64,000 bases of DNA from an uncultured Bacilli bacterium (GTDB taxonomy: Bacteria; Bacillota_I; Bacilli_A; RF39; UBA660), in assembly GCA_964018915.1 (NCBI GenBank), contig CAXHRJ010000001.1:544636-608635 (forward strand), written 5' to 3'. Shown here one piece after another: positions 47,779 to 57,284 of this stretch (its first letter is position 1; every line of letters starts with the position of its first letter). The notes under the pieces were generated by a model. It had not been told where the DNA came from and searched no databases. It saw only the letters and a program-made list of their open reading frames with translations. A program made the position numbers and the translations under genes.

Positions 47779-48214
47779 CGTAATTCCTCCTACCCTCTAC
47801 ATGAAATTATACGCTCATAAGATGTCATTTTGCAATACCTTTTTAACACTTTTTGAGTGGTTTTTGAAATATATTCCCTTTTACCTTTTATTTATAAAAA
47901 ATTCATTTTCAAAAAATTTACATTTTCTATTTTTTAATTTTTTTGTATTTTATTTTGTGGTGTATTTTTGACGCATGAAAGCACATTTTTCTTTATTTTT
48001 CAATACATTTACTAAAAGTTATACACATTTTTGTTGATAACTATTTTTTCTATTTTTTTATTTTTTTCATTTTTCAAAAAAATCTTTTTTTCATTTTTCC
48101 ACTTTTTTATTTTTCTCTTTTTACTATTTTTTGTTCAAAAATAAGCCCAAACAAACGTTTTTAATAATACCTTTATAACAAAAAATAAGAATATCCATTT
48201 TTCTAGGAATATTC

Positions 48215-49036
48215 TTATCTTCTTTTTTGACAATTTTTACAAAAGTAGGTACCTCTTCCACCTACTACAATTTTTTCAATTTCTGTATTACACTTACTAC
48301 AAACTGCTACTGTATGTACCAATAGATTCTGCTGAAATCGACCATGAACTCCTTTTTCAGATTCATAACTTCTAATAGTAGTTCCACCCATAATAATAGC
48401 GTCCTCTAGTATCTTTCTAGTTGATTCTATAATATCTAATCTATTTTTTTTAGTTAATTTGCAAGAACATTTTAAGGGATGAATACCAGATAAAAATAAT
48501 ATTTCATCTGCATAGATATTCCCAATACCAGCAATTATTGTCTGATCTAATAAAGATGTTTTAATAGGAATTCTTTTATCTTGCAATTTTTCTTTCAAAT
48601 AATCTTCCGTTAAAGAAGTATCCCAAGGTTCTTTCCCTATTTCTGAAAGTGGAAGTTCTTGATAAAGGGTATCTTTCTTAAATACATACATTCTTCCAAA
48701 CTTCCTTGTATCTTGATAACGTAATTGCTGATTATTATCTAAAGTAAAAGTTACATGTTCATGTTTCGTTATTTCTTCATTAGGATGCTTTAGAAAATAT
48801 TTTCCTTCCATTCGTAAATGACTTACTAAATCATAATCTTCCAATTTAAAAATTAGCCATTTTCCTCGTCTATCCATACCAATAATCATTTGATTTTTTA
48901 CTTTTTCTTTAAAATCATCCACAGATGTATTAGCAAGTATTTTAGAATAATACACATGAATGTCTATAATCTTTCTTCCCACTAAATATCTTTCTAATGT
49001 TCTCTTTACTGTTTCCACTTCTGGTAACTCTGGCAT
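48215..49036 (-). CDS. mutM: formamidopyrimidine-DNA glycosylase
   Basis: MPELPEVE N-terminus (catalytic Pro2, Glu3), C-terminal zinc finger CxxC…CxxC. Confidence 0.9.
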   Translation of the reverse strand: MPELPEVETVKRTLERYLVGRKIIDIHVYYSKILANTSVDDFKEKVKNQMIIGMDRRGKWLIFKLEDYDLVSHLRMEGKYFLKHPNEEITKHEHVTFTLDNNQQLRYQDTRKFGRMYVFKKDTLYQELPLSEIGKEPWDTSLTEDYLKEKLQDKRIPIKTSLLDQTIIAGIGNIYADEILFLSGIHPLKCSCKLTKKNRLDIIESTRKILEDAIIMGGTTIRSYESEKGVHGRFQQNLLVHTVAVCSKCNTEIEKIVVGGRGTYFCKNCQKRR

Positions 49037-49045
49037 ACTACACCT

Positions 49046-49687
49046 CTATTTATTTCTATGTTTTGCTATATCTTCTTGAATTAAATACCCTGCTGATTTT
49101 CTTCCATGTAATGCTTTTTCTAAACGTTTTTCTGGGGATTCTGATGGAGAATACAAATAACTAGCAACTGCTGGTCCATCTGTTTCAAATTCACTCATAC
49201 CAGAATACACTAATCCTCTAAGATAATCTTGATAAGTAGCGTTATTCTTTTGATTTAATTCTTTTTGTGATAAATTACTTTCTGATATTTTTAATGTACC
49301 ATCAAAAGAAAGATGATTTTTATCATAATAAGAACAATAAAATGGCATTTCTCCTATATCAAAACCTAATTCTGAAAGATACATTAGTTCCTCTTTCAAT
49401 TCTGCAAGATTTCTTTTTAAGGATGTTCCTGAATCATAAAAAGAATGAATCCAGTCCCTTTCTCTCCAATTTGTTATAATTCCTACATATTCCCCTTCTT
49501 GATAAAATGGTTTAGGTAATAAAATTCTTTTTGTTTCTACTTTAGAAAGTTTAAAACAAGTTTCCTCTGTTATAAAACCTTCTAAGGAAGAAAAGATACG
49601 AATTTTAGAATTTCCTACATGATAAACAGATGCTTCTTCTGTCTTGTAACAAAAATTAGATGAATTTAATTTTACTTCTTTTTCCAT
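49046..49687 (-). CDS. hypothetical protein
   Basis: ORF only. Confidence 0.4.
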   Translation of the reverse strand: MEKEVKLNSSNFCYKTEEASVYHVGNSKIRIFSSLEGFITEETCFKLSKVETKRILLPKPFYQEGEYVGIITNWRERDWIHSFYDSGTSLKRNLAELKEELMYLSELGFDIGEMPFYCSYYDKNHLSFDGTLKISESNLSQKELNQKNNATYQDYLRGLVYSGMSEFETDGPAVASYLYSPSESPEKRLEKALHGRKSAGYLIQEDIAKHRNK

Positions 49688-49925
49688 ATTTCAACCTCCT
49701 ACACAAAATTATTACATTATATAACAAATTATACATCAAAGTCAACCATTATCTGTAAACTTAACCGTTAAATTTTTATTTATTTTGATTTATAATAATG
49801 AAATATTTTCAGAAGAAGAGATTTTGCAAAAAGCAATACACGTTAAAGATACCAATATTCTTTCTATAATCTTTCGTCATGGAGGAAGTACTACTCAAGA
49901 AAGAATTTGGCAAAATCCTAGAAAT

Positions 49926-49952
49926 CAAAAAAAATAGGCATAAAGCCTATTA
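49926..49952 (-). terminator. rho-independent terminator of the rplU-prp-rpmA operon
   Basis: ATAGGC-tttat-GCCTAT hairpin overlapping rpmA stop followed by U8 on minus strand. Confidence 0.6.
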
Positions 49953-50246
49953 AATTTCTGGATAAACACTTACTTGTTTTTTATCTTTTCCAACACGTTC
50001 AAATTTTACATATCCACTAATCTTAGCATAAACAGTATCATCTGATCCAATACCTACATTAGTACCTGGATAAATTTTAGTTCCTCTTTGACGATAAAGG
50101 ATTGAACCTCCTGATACATATTCTCCATCAGCTGCTTTTGCACCTAATCTCTTAGAGATTGAATCACGTCCATTCTTTGTGGAACCTTGACCTTTTTTAT
50201 GAGCAAATAATTGGATATTTAATGTCATCAATTTCATAGATGGCAC
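49950..50246 (-). CDS. rpmA: 50S ribosomal protein L27 with Firmicutes-type N-terminal propeptide
   Basis: N-terminal extension [14 protein letters not shown] before AHKKG; rest matches the conserved L27 sequence. Confidence 0.95.
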   Translation of the reverse strand: MPSMKLMTLNIQLFAHKKGQGSTKNGRDSISKRLGAKAADGEYVSGGSILYRQRGTKIYPGTNVGIGSDDTVYAKISGYVKFERVGKDKKQVSVYPEI

Positions 50247-50250
50247 CTCC

Positions 50251-50556
50251 CTATCTTAATATTTTTATATACTCTGGATAATCATTAGCAAGTCCTTCAA
50301 GTAAATTTAACATATTCTCTATTAATATATCAATCACTCTATCATGCTTCATGATTCCCACTTCTAGAAAGCCATCATCTTCTGTATAAACGATACATTC
50401 CTCATCAATGCTGATTAAAGCATTTATGCTCGTAATACAAATACAAGATACAGACGCACATACAATGTCAAAACCGTCTTCCGCATATCCTGCATGTCCC
50501 TCTATCTTAATATAATGATTTTTTTCCTCTTTTTGTTTTACCGTAATTGTAATCAT
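50251..50556 (-). CDS. prp: ribosomal-processing cysteine protease Prp (L27 propeptide protease)
   Basis: ~100 aa, [18 protein letters not shown] motif; between rplU and rpmA. Confidence 0.85.
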   Translation of the reverse strand: MITITVKQKEEKNHYIKIEGHAGYAEDGFDIVCASVSCICITSINALISIDEECIVYTEDDGFLEVGIMKHDRVIDILIENMLNLLEGLANDYPEYIKILR

Positions 50557-50557
50557 A

Positions 50558-50860
50558 CTATTTTACTTTAATACTTTTAATTTCTACTTTTGTATATGGT
50601 TGACGATGTCCTTGTTTTCTACGGTAATTTTTCTTTTGATTATATTTGTAAACAATAATCTTCTTAGTTTTACCATGTTTTACAATTTCACCTGTTACAA
50701 CAGCATCTGTTAAGTAAGGTTGTCCTACCTTGTTATCTACCATTAAAACTTTATCAAAAGTAACAGTTTTACCTGCTTCTTCATCTAACTTTTCAACGTA
50801 AAGAACAGTACCTTCTTCAACATAATATTGTTTTCCACCAGTTTCAATAACTGCTTTCAT
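50558..50860 (-). CDS. rplU: 50S ribosomal protein L21
   Basis: [18 protein letters not shown]-terminus. Confidence 0.95.
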   Translation of the reverse strand: MKAVIETGGKQYYVEEGTVLYVEKLDEEAGKTVTFDKVLMVDNKVGQPYLTDAVVTGEIVKHGKTKKIIVYKYNQKKNYRRKQGHRQPYTKVEIKSIKVK

Positions 50861-50986
50861 ATTATCCTCCTTTTATTAATCTAAGACTCGCCATTAAGGT
50901 CCTTCTCATAATCTACCTATCCGTGCGGTTGTAGAATGAGGCTCTACACAGTATTAAATTTTAACACACAATCCTTTTTTTGTCAA
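50861..50986 (-). promoter_or_regulatory. rplU promoter (TTGACA-17-TGnTAAAAT) and structured 5' leader (putative L21 autoregulatory leader)
   Basis: Minus-strand TTGACA (plus 50981-50986), extended -10 TGTTAAAAT (plus 50958-50966). ~95-nt leader with hairpin UGUAGAgccucauUCUACA, strong RBS AAAGGAGGA. Confidence 0.45.
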
Positions 50987-51013
50987 CAAATACAAGCTTT
51001 TTTATTGTTTTTT

Positions 51014-52255
51014 CTAATAGTGGTAGGAAGATTCTTCCTCTTTTTTTGTACCTAATGGTAATAAACCGACATTTCGCCTTAATTTCGTTAAAGATAAATG
51101 CACCAGAGGTAAATTATACTTTGCTGCATATGCTTCTATTGCACTAGTATCTTTACAATCATCCGTATAAAACGCCCCTATTACTTTCACTTTATGGTTA
51201 AAGAATATTTCTGAATAACATTTACTTTTAGAATAATTTAACACTTCACCATTAACTGCTATATTATGTGCATTTGCTCCTATTTCTAAGTCTTTAGGTA
51301 AAAGAGTTCTAGATATTTTGGAATTTTCAAACCATACACATCGTTTCTCAGGATTCGTTACTTGCCAACTATCGGGAAATAAGTGTCTTACAAATTCATC
51401 CTTGGTAACCATCCAACTTCCAGCATCAGAAAAACAAATTGTCTCTATCGCATCTATATCGAAATCACAAATGATTCCAGTATTACCAAATGGAGGTGTT
51501 AGAAGTCGATTGGTTGCTAAACTACAACAAACTTTTCCTATTTCATCTGGGGGAATCATTTCTCCTGAGAAAGTATGAATAATATATTTAAAAGCATGAT
51601 CATCATGATGCTTTGGATCTGTCAATACACTTTTCCAAGCTTTTTCTACTACTTTAGAAAATCTCTTTTCAATCTCTAATATGCCACAATACAATTTTTC
51701 AAGTTCTTGATAATCTCTTTTATATTCTTCTGTATAAAAAGAAAAAATCTCTTTTCCAAAATTATTTTTTTGATTACCATATTTCTCCATAAAAGAAAGA
51801 ATTTGATTGGAAACCTCATCTAAGTTAGGAACTTCTGTTGGAAGTTTTTGAATACATTCTAAAATGTACCTTATTCTATTCACTAAAAAAGTAGGATTTC
51901 CATAGTAAGGTTCCATCGGAGTAGCAAGCGTATAAGCCTTACATTCTTCAAATTTAGTTGTATATTCTTTAATTTTATCAGATAACAATAGTTCAATAGG
52001 AATCTTACTTTTGATAGATTCTAATACCATTTTTTTAAACTCCCTATCATAAATTCTTTTTATCTCTTCTTCTGTTATTGTAACTGGATAAAATTTAAAA
52101 CTTTTCTCTTTTCTCTCTATACCATATACATAAACATAATACTTTTGCATAATACTTGATAAAACATGATTTAATCTTCTATCTTCTACACCATTACCAA
52201 GACAATCACAAGGATATTTCTCTAATAAATTAGAATACGTTTCTAGCCATTCCAT
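51014..52255 (-). CDS. hypothetical protein (413 aa)
   Basis: ORF only; lies between spoIVFB and rplU where Bacillus has nothing. Confidence 0.4.
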   Translation of the reverse strand: MEWLETYSNLLEKYPCDCLGNGVEDRRLNHVLSSIMQKYYVYVYGIERKEKSFKFYPVTITEEEIKRIYDREFKKMVLESIKSKIPIELLLSDKIKEYTTKFEECKAYTLATPMEPYYGNPTFLVNRIRYILECIQKLPTEVPNLDEVSNQILSFMEKYGNQKNNFGKEIFSFYTEEYKRDYQELEKLYCGILEIEKRFSKVVEKAWKSVLTDPKHHDDHAFKYIIHTFSGEMIPPDEIGKVCCSLATNRLLTPPFGNTGIICDFDIDAIETICFSDAGSWMVTKDEFVRHLFPDSWQVTNPEKRCVWFENSKISRTLLPKDLEIGANAHNIAVNGEVLNYSKSKCYSEIFFNHKVKVIGAFYTDDCKDTSAIEAYAAKYNLPLVHLSLTKLRRNVGLLPLGTKKEEESSYHY

Positions 52256-52369
52256 AAGACTCCTCCCATAAAATCATAACATATATTAAAATTTATTACC
52301 AAAATTTAATTACTCTTAGCAAATATATTTTATTGTTTTTTTATTTTGTGATATTATGAGAGCAATTTA

Positions 52370-52711
52370 ATGGGAGGAAAAATAATGGAGACAAACTTTC
52401 AAAAGACAAATCCACAAGAAGAATGGTTTGTTAATAATACTGGTTTTGATAATTTGGGTCTTAATTTTGTAGCGCCTTTCTATATCCAAACAAATGAAAT
52501 CCAAGATAAAGACTATGAATACGCTAAAGTGATGAGAGCCTTAGAATACTATAAAAAGCATTATGCTAAAAATCATAATCTAAACATAGAAAGATTAGAT
52601 TTTCACTTTATCAATTATGGTAGAACAGAATTAGTTTACGTATTAAAAAATGGAAATGATATCTGTGAAATGGTACTAATAAAAAAACAGGAGTTAGAAT
52701 GGGAACAGTAG
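52370..52711 (+). CDS. hypothetical protein
   Basis: ORF; divergent from 51014-52255. Confidence 0.35.
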   Translation: MGGKIMETNFQKTNPQEEWFVNNTGFDNLGLNFVAPFYIQTNEIQDKDYEYAKVMRALEYYKKHYAKNHNLNIERLDFHFINYGRTELVYVLKNGNDICEMVLIKKQELEWEQ

Positions 52712-53313
52712 AAAAAGAAACACAAAATTTAACAGAACTAAAAAAGAGAGATGAACATGTGGTAGATCCAATAGAATATTATCAAATTGGAGACCAAGAA
52801 TTGCACACCACTCCCTACCTATATCAAGCAAGATGCATCGCTGGATATGGTGGATATTGGGGAATGTATATTCCAGAACCATTGTATAAATTTGAATGTT
52901 TCCAAGATGGAATTGATGATATGATATGTATTTGTATGATTGCTAAATTAGTAAATTTATATGATCATAAGAACCAAATGGGAATTGGCAAATATAGATT
53001 AAGTGGCGGAGATTTCATATTGCCAAAAGATTGGGATGCCAAAGAGATAATCATAGATTCCTTATTAGATAATTTATATCTCATAGCAGCTAGAGAAATG
53101 ATTACTTGTTCTTTTGAAGAATACTTAGCTATCCTTAGAAGAGAATTTACAAGGTATACCATTGATGAAGAAAAAGAAACTACACTTATCAATGTTAGAG
53201 GAAGAGCTATCATGAGCTCTGAAAATATAGAAAAAGGTATTCGTCTAGGAATAGAAATTTCCCCAAAGGAAGAAACAAATAATAATCAAAAGAAATATTT
53301 ATTGGATTCATAA
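52699..53313 (+). CDS. hypothetical protein, overlapping previous gene with its own RBS (AGGAG-5nt-ATG)
   Basis: ORF and RBS. Confidence 0.35.
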   Translation: MGTVEKETQNLTELKKRDEHVVDPIEYYQIGDQELHTTPYLYQARCIAGYGGYWGMYIPEPLYKFECFQDGIDDMICICMIAKLVNLYDHKNQMGIGKYRLSGGDFILPKDWDAKEIIIDSLLDNLYLIAAREMITCSFEEYLAILRREFTRYTIDEEKETTLINVRGRAIMSSENIEKGIRLGIEISPKEETNNNQKKYLLDS

Positions 53314-53330
53314 GTGATTGTTAGTAGCAA

Positions 53331-54053
53331 TCACTTTTTAATAATAGCAAAATAACCTTTTAAAAATTCCTCTTCTGAATAAAATCTATTCTTATAAAAA
53401 AAGATAGATTTAACACTTCTTTTCATTTTCTTTAGATTTTTTCCTCTAATCAAATTCTTTCTATAGTATGAATAGCGATATTGATATCGTTCAAATAGAA
53501 ACGTTAAAAATATATCAGGTAATTCTTTTAATAATTTTATATTTTGAAATAATAGATAACTACCTAACATAACCATATATAAAGATGGATAATAGATAAT
53601 CATTAAAATTACAATAAGATAGGAAAAAAAGAATACTACCCAATAACTTTGATAATAACTAATTGTTAAATTACAGAATAAAAATAAAAATTTAGAACCA
53701 TCCAAAGGATAAATAGGAAGTAAGTTAAAAATCAGTAAGGGATAGTGATAAATCGTTGGATATATCTGGTAAAGAAGAATTTGAAAAATTGGACCTCCTA
53801 CTAAAATTAAAAACTCCTGATAAATTGGCTTATTCAATTTTTCATGAAACTTAATCATACCACCAAAAGGTAAAAAGAGGACACTTTCTATTTTCCAATG
53901 AAATAGCCAAGCAAATGTCAAGTGTCCACATTCATGGACAAAAATTATCAACATAAATGTGTAAAAGTCTTGAAAATGAGCAGTTAGAATTGCTACTACT
54001 GCAAAAAAATAAAGAAGTGGATGAATACGTATTTTATGATAAATACTTCTCAT
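53331..54053 (-). CDS. spoIVFB: site-2 protease family M50 (SpoIVFB-like) intramembrane metalloprotease
   Basis: HECGHL (HExxH in TM helix), polytopic; overlaps upstream SpoIVFA-like gene. Confidence 0.7.
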   Translation of the reverse strand: MRSIYHKIRIHPLLYFFAVVAILTAHFQDFYTFMLIIFVHECGHLTFAWLFHWKIESVLFLPFGGMIKFHEKLNKPIYQEFLILVGGPIFQILLYQIYPTIYHYPLLIFNLLPIYPLDGSKFLFLFCNLTISYYQSYWVVFFFSYLIVILMIIYYPSLYMVMLGSYLLFQNIKLLKELPDIFLTFLFERYQYRYSYYRKNLIRGKNLKKMKRSVKSIFFYKNRFYSEEEFLKGYFAIIKK

Positions 54054-54564
54054 ATGGAATGATATTTCCCTCTTCTTTATATACTAAGTACAATTCTTTA
54101 TCAACAACACCTAATAAAGAACCAGATTCTACATAATCATAAAGCTTTACATTAGTAGTTGACAAATTTCCATACCAACAGTCAATACCATCTAATTGTT
54201 CTACAATTACTACATTTCCATATCCTTCTTTTTCTCCTACAAAAACTACTAAGCCAGTTTGAATAATCGGTACTGGATAAGTATCTTCTACTGTTAACTT
54301 TACACCATCTAAATAAGATTCTTTTTTAGAGTACGATAAATTTTCCTTAAATACAGGTTTGGTATCTAAATATTTTTGAAATGGAAATGTTGTTCCAAAG
54401 AGATTTTGATACAACTTATTTACTTCTATAAAGGGAAAATGTTCTTCGTATACTTTATGATAAAAATTCTCTTTAAAATCAGCATTAGACTTAATTCCAA
54501 TTAAAAGAAAAAGTGTAATGGCGATTGTTAAAAGAGTTCGATACAAAAAAGAAAATAAGTGCAT
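54034..54564 (-). CDS. SpoIVFA-like membrane protein with degenerate LytM/M23 domain
   Basis: N-terminal TM, C-terminal GLVVFVGEKEGYGNVVIVEQ…WYGNL LytM-like fold without catalytic His; synteny with spoIVFB. Confidence 0.5.
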   Translation of the reverse strand: MHLFSFLYRTLLTIAITLFLLIGIKSNADFKENFYHKVYEEHFPFIEVNKLYQNLFGTTFPFQKYLDTKPVFKENLSYSKKESYLDGVKLTVEDTYPVPIIQTGLVVFVGEKEGYGNVVIVEQLDGIDCWYGNLSTTNVKLYDYVESGSLLGVVDKELYLVYKEEGNIIPYEKYLS

Positions 54565-54609
54565 ATCATCACCTATTAATAAATATGCACAAAAAAAGGG
54601 ATTATTCCC

Positions 54610-55230
54610 TTATTCAAATAACAAATCTTTATTCATTAAATAATACTGCCCACATGAAATTAAGGATAGTATAGCCGCTATAAATAACAAGAAATCAGCA
54701 ACTCTTATATTAATTAATTCAAATGGCAAATTATAGAATAATGTCAAAGCAATACCTGACATAAGACAAGCCGTTTTTAACTTTCCTGACTTAATAGCAG
54801 CTACTACCTTTCCTTTACTTCCAGCTATCATTTTAATAGTGTTTACAACACTATCCCTCATAACAATAATAACTGGAATAATTGGATGAATAAATCCTGA
54901 TGCAGCTAATATTATTAAAACAGAATTTACTAACATTTTATCTGCTATGGCATCTATCATCTTTCCAAAATCAGTAACTAGATTTCTACTTCTAGCAATA
55001 TATCCATCCAAGAAATCAGTAAGAGATGCAATAATAAATAAGCCACCAGCTATCATATATTTTACATCTACTACAATTCTTTCATTTATAAATAATTTTG
55101 GCATAGGAATACCAATCATATCAAAAGGTAAAATCAAAATAATTACAACTACAAAAGATAAAATAATCCTTAGTAATGTAATTTTATTTGGTAAATTCCA
55201 AATGGAATTTTTTGCTTTTAATTTCTTCAC
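54610..55230 (-). CDS. pgsA: CDP-diacylglycerol--glycerol-3-phosphate 3-phosphatidyltransferase
   Basis: CDP-alcohol phosphatidyltransferase motif DFLDGYIARS…G…DAIADK. Confidence 0.9.
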   Translation of the reverse strand: MKKLKAKNSIWNLPNKITLLRIILSFVVVIILILPFDMIGIPMPKLFINERIVVDVKYMIAGGLFIIASLTDFLDGYIARSRNLVTDFGKMIDAIADKMLVNSVLIILAASGFIHPIIPVIIVMRDSVVNTIKMIAGSKGKVVAAIKSGKLKTACLMSGIALTLFYNLPFELINIRVADFLLFIAAILSLISCGQYYLMNKDLLFE

Positions 55231-55232
55231 TA

Positions 55233-55739
55233 TTATCCCACCAATGCATAAGAAATATCTCTCTTAGAGTTTATTCCGTTTGTTGTATTATCATCCTCTT
55301 CATTTGATAAGAATGTAAGAATTCCAAATATCAATAAGGCTAATACAATGACAACAAGAGCAACTCCTACTAATAAAGGAGTAGAACTTCTTTTTCCTTC
55401 TTCAACTGTATAAGGAGAAGCTATTTTCTTTGGTTGTTTTTTTTCATTCTTTTCACTTTTTTTACTTGCTTTTCTAATATCTTCTAATGAAATTTTAGAA
55501 GTATAATCAAAAACAAACTCATTGAATTCTTCAACCATTTCTTCATAATCTAATCCCAAATATTTTGAATAATCTCTAATAAAGTACTTTAAATAAAAAA
55601 TATCATCGAAAGCATCTCTATTACCATCCTCAATATTCTCTAACTGAGATGGTTTTAATTTTAAATCTTCTGCTGCTTCTTCAATTGATATTCCCATACT
55701 TTCTCTGGTTTCTTTTAATTTCTCCCCTATTTCTTTCAT
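55233..55739 (-). CDS. RodZ/YmfM-like HTH (XRE) membrane protein
   Basis: N-terminal XRE-type HTH (GEKLKETRESMGISIEEAAEDLKL), C-terminal TM; ymfM-pgsA synteny as in Bacillus. Confidence 0.7.
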   Translation of the reverse strand: MKEIGEKLKETRESMGISIEEAAEDLKLKPSQLENIEDGNRDAFDDIFYLKYFIRDYSKYLGLDYEEMVEEFNEFVFDYTSKISLEDIRKASKKSEKNEKKQPKKIASPYTVEEGKRSSTPLLVGVALVVIVLALLIFGILTFLSNEEDDNTTNGINSKRDISYALVG

Positions 55740-55764
55740 ATGAAAACCTCAATTCTAAAACAAT

Positions 55765-56117
55765 AACACTTCATAAGCCATGTTCTGTACCACTTGGGTG
55801 GCAAACATCTATCTACCAATTTCTTGGTCCCTAACTCCGTTTCGTTCCTTTGTTAAAGCTCCCCTACCAAAATTTGGGTTTCTCGCTCGTGGGGTTTACC
55901 GCGTTCCACTTCCTTCATTTCTGAATTTTTCGTCACTTTGGCACTTTTACACCTACTAAAGCCATATCTTAAGACTTAGGCTTCCTTGGAGCCGTTAGTT
56001 AAAAACTACTAGGGGTTATTTTTTCCCCCTACACGAACACTACAATCATTTCAGACTGTGCGAGCATGGACTTTCCTCTATATATACAATATATAGCGTT
56101 TGCCCAAAGTATTATTC
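55765..56117 (-). ncRNA. rnpB: RNase P RNA, bacterial type B
   Basis: Minus strand contains GAGGAAAGUCCAUGCUCGCACAG (P4), GUGCCAAAGUGACGAA, GUGGAACGCGGUAAACCCC, GAGCGAGAAACCCAAAUUUUGGUAGGGG, GUAGAUAGAUG. These are near-identical to B. subtilis RNase P RNA. P1 pairs 5' AAUAAUACUU with 3' AAGUGUUAUU. Adjacent gpsB as in Bacillus. Confidence 0.85.
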
Positions 56118-56450
56118 TTTTCCATATATTATTTTTTCTAGATTTGATAATCTACGAAGTAAATCGGCATTAGCCCCGCTAGCACCTTGTGGATCACTTT
56201 CTGTAATGACATCTAGTTTACTACGAAGGTTCCTTACTTCTTTTTTCAATCTAATGTTATCCTCTAGTAAATCTTTCTTATCTTCCTCTAATTCATGAAT
56301 CATAGACATCATTTCATCATAGTCTTTGATAATTAAGTCTAAGAAGCGATCTACCTCTTGTGGTCTGTAACCTCTTGTATCAATCTTAAAATCTTTTTCT
56401 AAGATTTCCTTACTAGTAAGCACTACTCTATCTTGATACATACTATCCAC
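56112..56450 (-). CDS. gpsB: cell-cycle protein GpsB (DivIVA-domain)
   Basis: LTSKEILEKDFK…GYRPQEVDRFLDLIIKDYD matches GpsB N-terminal DivIVA domain; stop overlaps rnpB 5' end. Confidence 0.85.
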   Translation of the reverse strand: MDSMYQDRVVLTSKEILEKDFKIDTRGYRPQEVDRFLDLIIKDYDEMMSMIHELEEDKKDLLEDNIRLKKEVRNLRSKLDVITESDPQGASGANADLLRRLSNLEKIIYGKE

Positions 56451-56494
56451 CTCTCTTTAATTCAACGCTATTATCTCAAAAAAATGCTTATTTG

Positions 56495-56689
56495 TCAAAC
56501 GTTGCTCCTTTTTTCTCCACCCTTTATTTGATAAGTACTTAGTTTAATATAATTTACATCATTTATCATGGTATTTAACATTTCTTCTACATGCTTCTTA
56601 CGCTCCATATTCATCACCTCAAAACCATCATATTCTATTGACTTGGTAATATTTGTCGAATTATAAATGGGAAGTAGCATTAAAATCAA
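56495..56689 (-). CDS. small hypothetical protein
   Basis: ORF only; possibly shorter (MNMERKK… start). Confidence 0.25.
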   Translation of the reverse strand: MILMLLPIYNSTNITKSIEYDGFEVMNMERKKHVEEMLNTMINDVNYIKLSTYQIKGGEKRSNV

Positions 56690-56720
56690 ATTTATAGTAT
56701 AATATTTTCTAGGTGATGTT

Positions 56721-57284
56721 ATGAGGTATCCAAATGGAATTCAAAAAGAATATCACAGTATAACCACTTATGGTAATAGAGGAATGACTTTAGAGGAAGA
56801 CCTAAATATAACCAATGAATATTATAGAGATGCCAATATTGCAATTATCTATAAAAAGCCTACTCCTATTACTATTGATAGAGTGGATTATCCATCTAGA
56901 AAAGAAGCCGTTATTAGGGAAGCTAGATTTAAGATTCCCTCAACAACAGACTATAATGGAATTTACAAAGGGAAATATATTGATTTTGAAGCAAAAGAAA
57001 CCAATCAAAAAACAAGTTTTCCCCTAGCCAATATCCACAACCACCAGATTGAACATCTAAGAAAAATTATGGAACATGGCGGAATTGGATTTTTAATAGT
57101 ACGGTTCACTCTTTATGGAGAAACCTATCTTCTAGAAAACAAAAAATTCTTTGACTTTTTAGAAAAAGAAAATAGAAAATCTATTCCTAGAACTTACTTT
57201 CAAGAACATGGAAAATTAATTCCTATTGGTCTTCGGCCTAGATTAGATTATTTAAAATTAATTGAGGTGAATTATGAAATCTAA
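56721..57284 (+). CDS. recU: Holliday junction resolvase RecU
   Basis: Near-colinear with B. subtilis RecU (RYPNG…NRGM…DYNGIYKGKYIDFEAKET…FPL.N.H.HQIEH). Confidence 0.95.
   Translation: MRYPNGIQKEYHSITTYGNRGMTLEEDLNITNEYYRDANIAIIYKKPTPITIDRVDYPSRKEAVIREARFKIPSTTDYNGIYKGKYIDFEAKETNQKTSFPLANIHNHQIEHLRKIMEHGGIGFLIVRFTLYGETYLLENKKFFDFLEKENRKSIPRTYFQEHGKLIPIGLRPRLDYLKLIEVNYEI

Noticed and set aside
47779-48214. NrdR-box search upstream of nrdD
   Set aside because: Only weak half-sites (…tatacacat…, …gcacat…) about 50 bp apart in an extremely AT-rich region. There is no convincing 16-bp palindrome pair at 3-turn spacing, so nothing is called.
52370-53313. Single gene split by a frameshift in the A7 tract at 52680-52686
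   Set aside because: The second ORF has its own well-spaced RBS (AGGAG-5 nt-ATG), and the upstream frame ends in a proper stop. Overlapping gene pairs are common, so it is treated as two genes.
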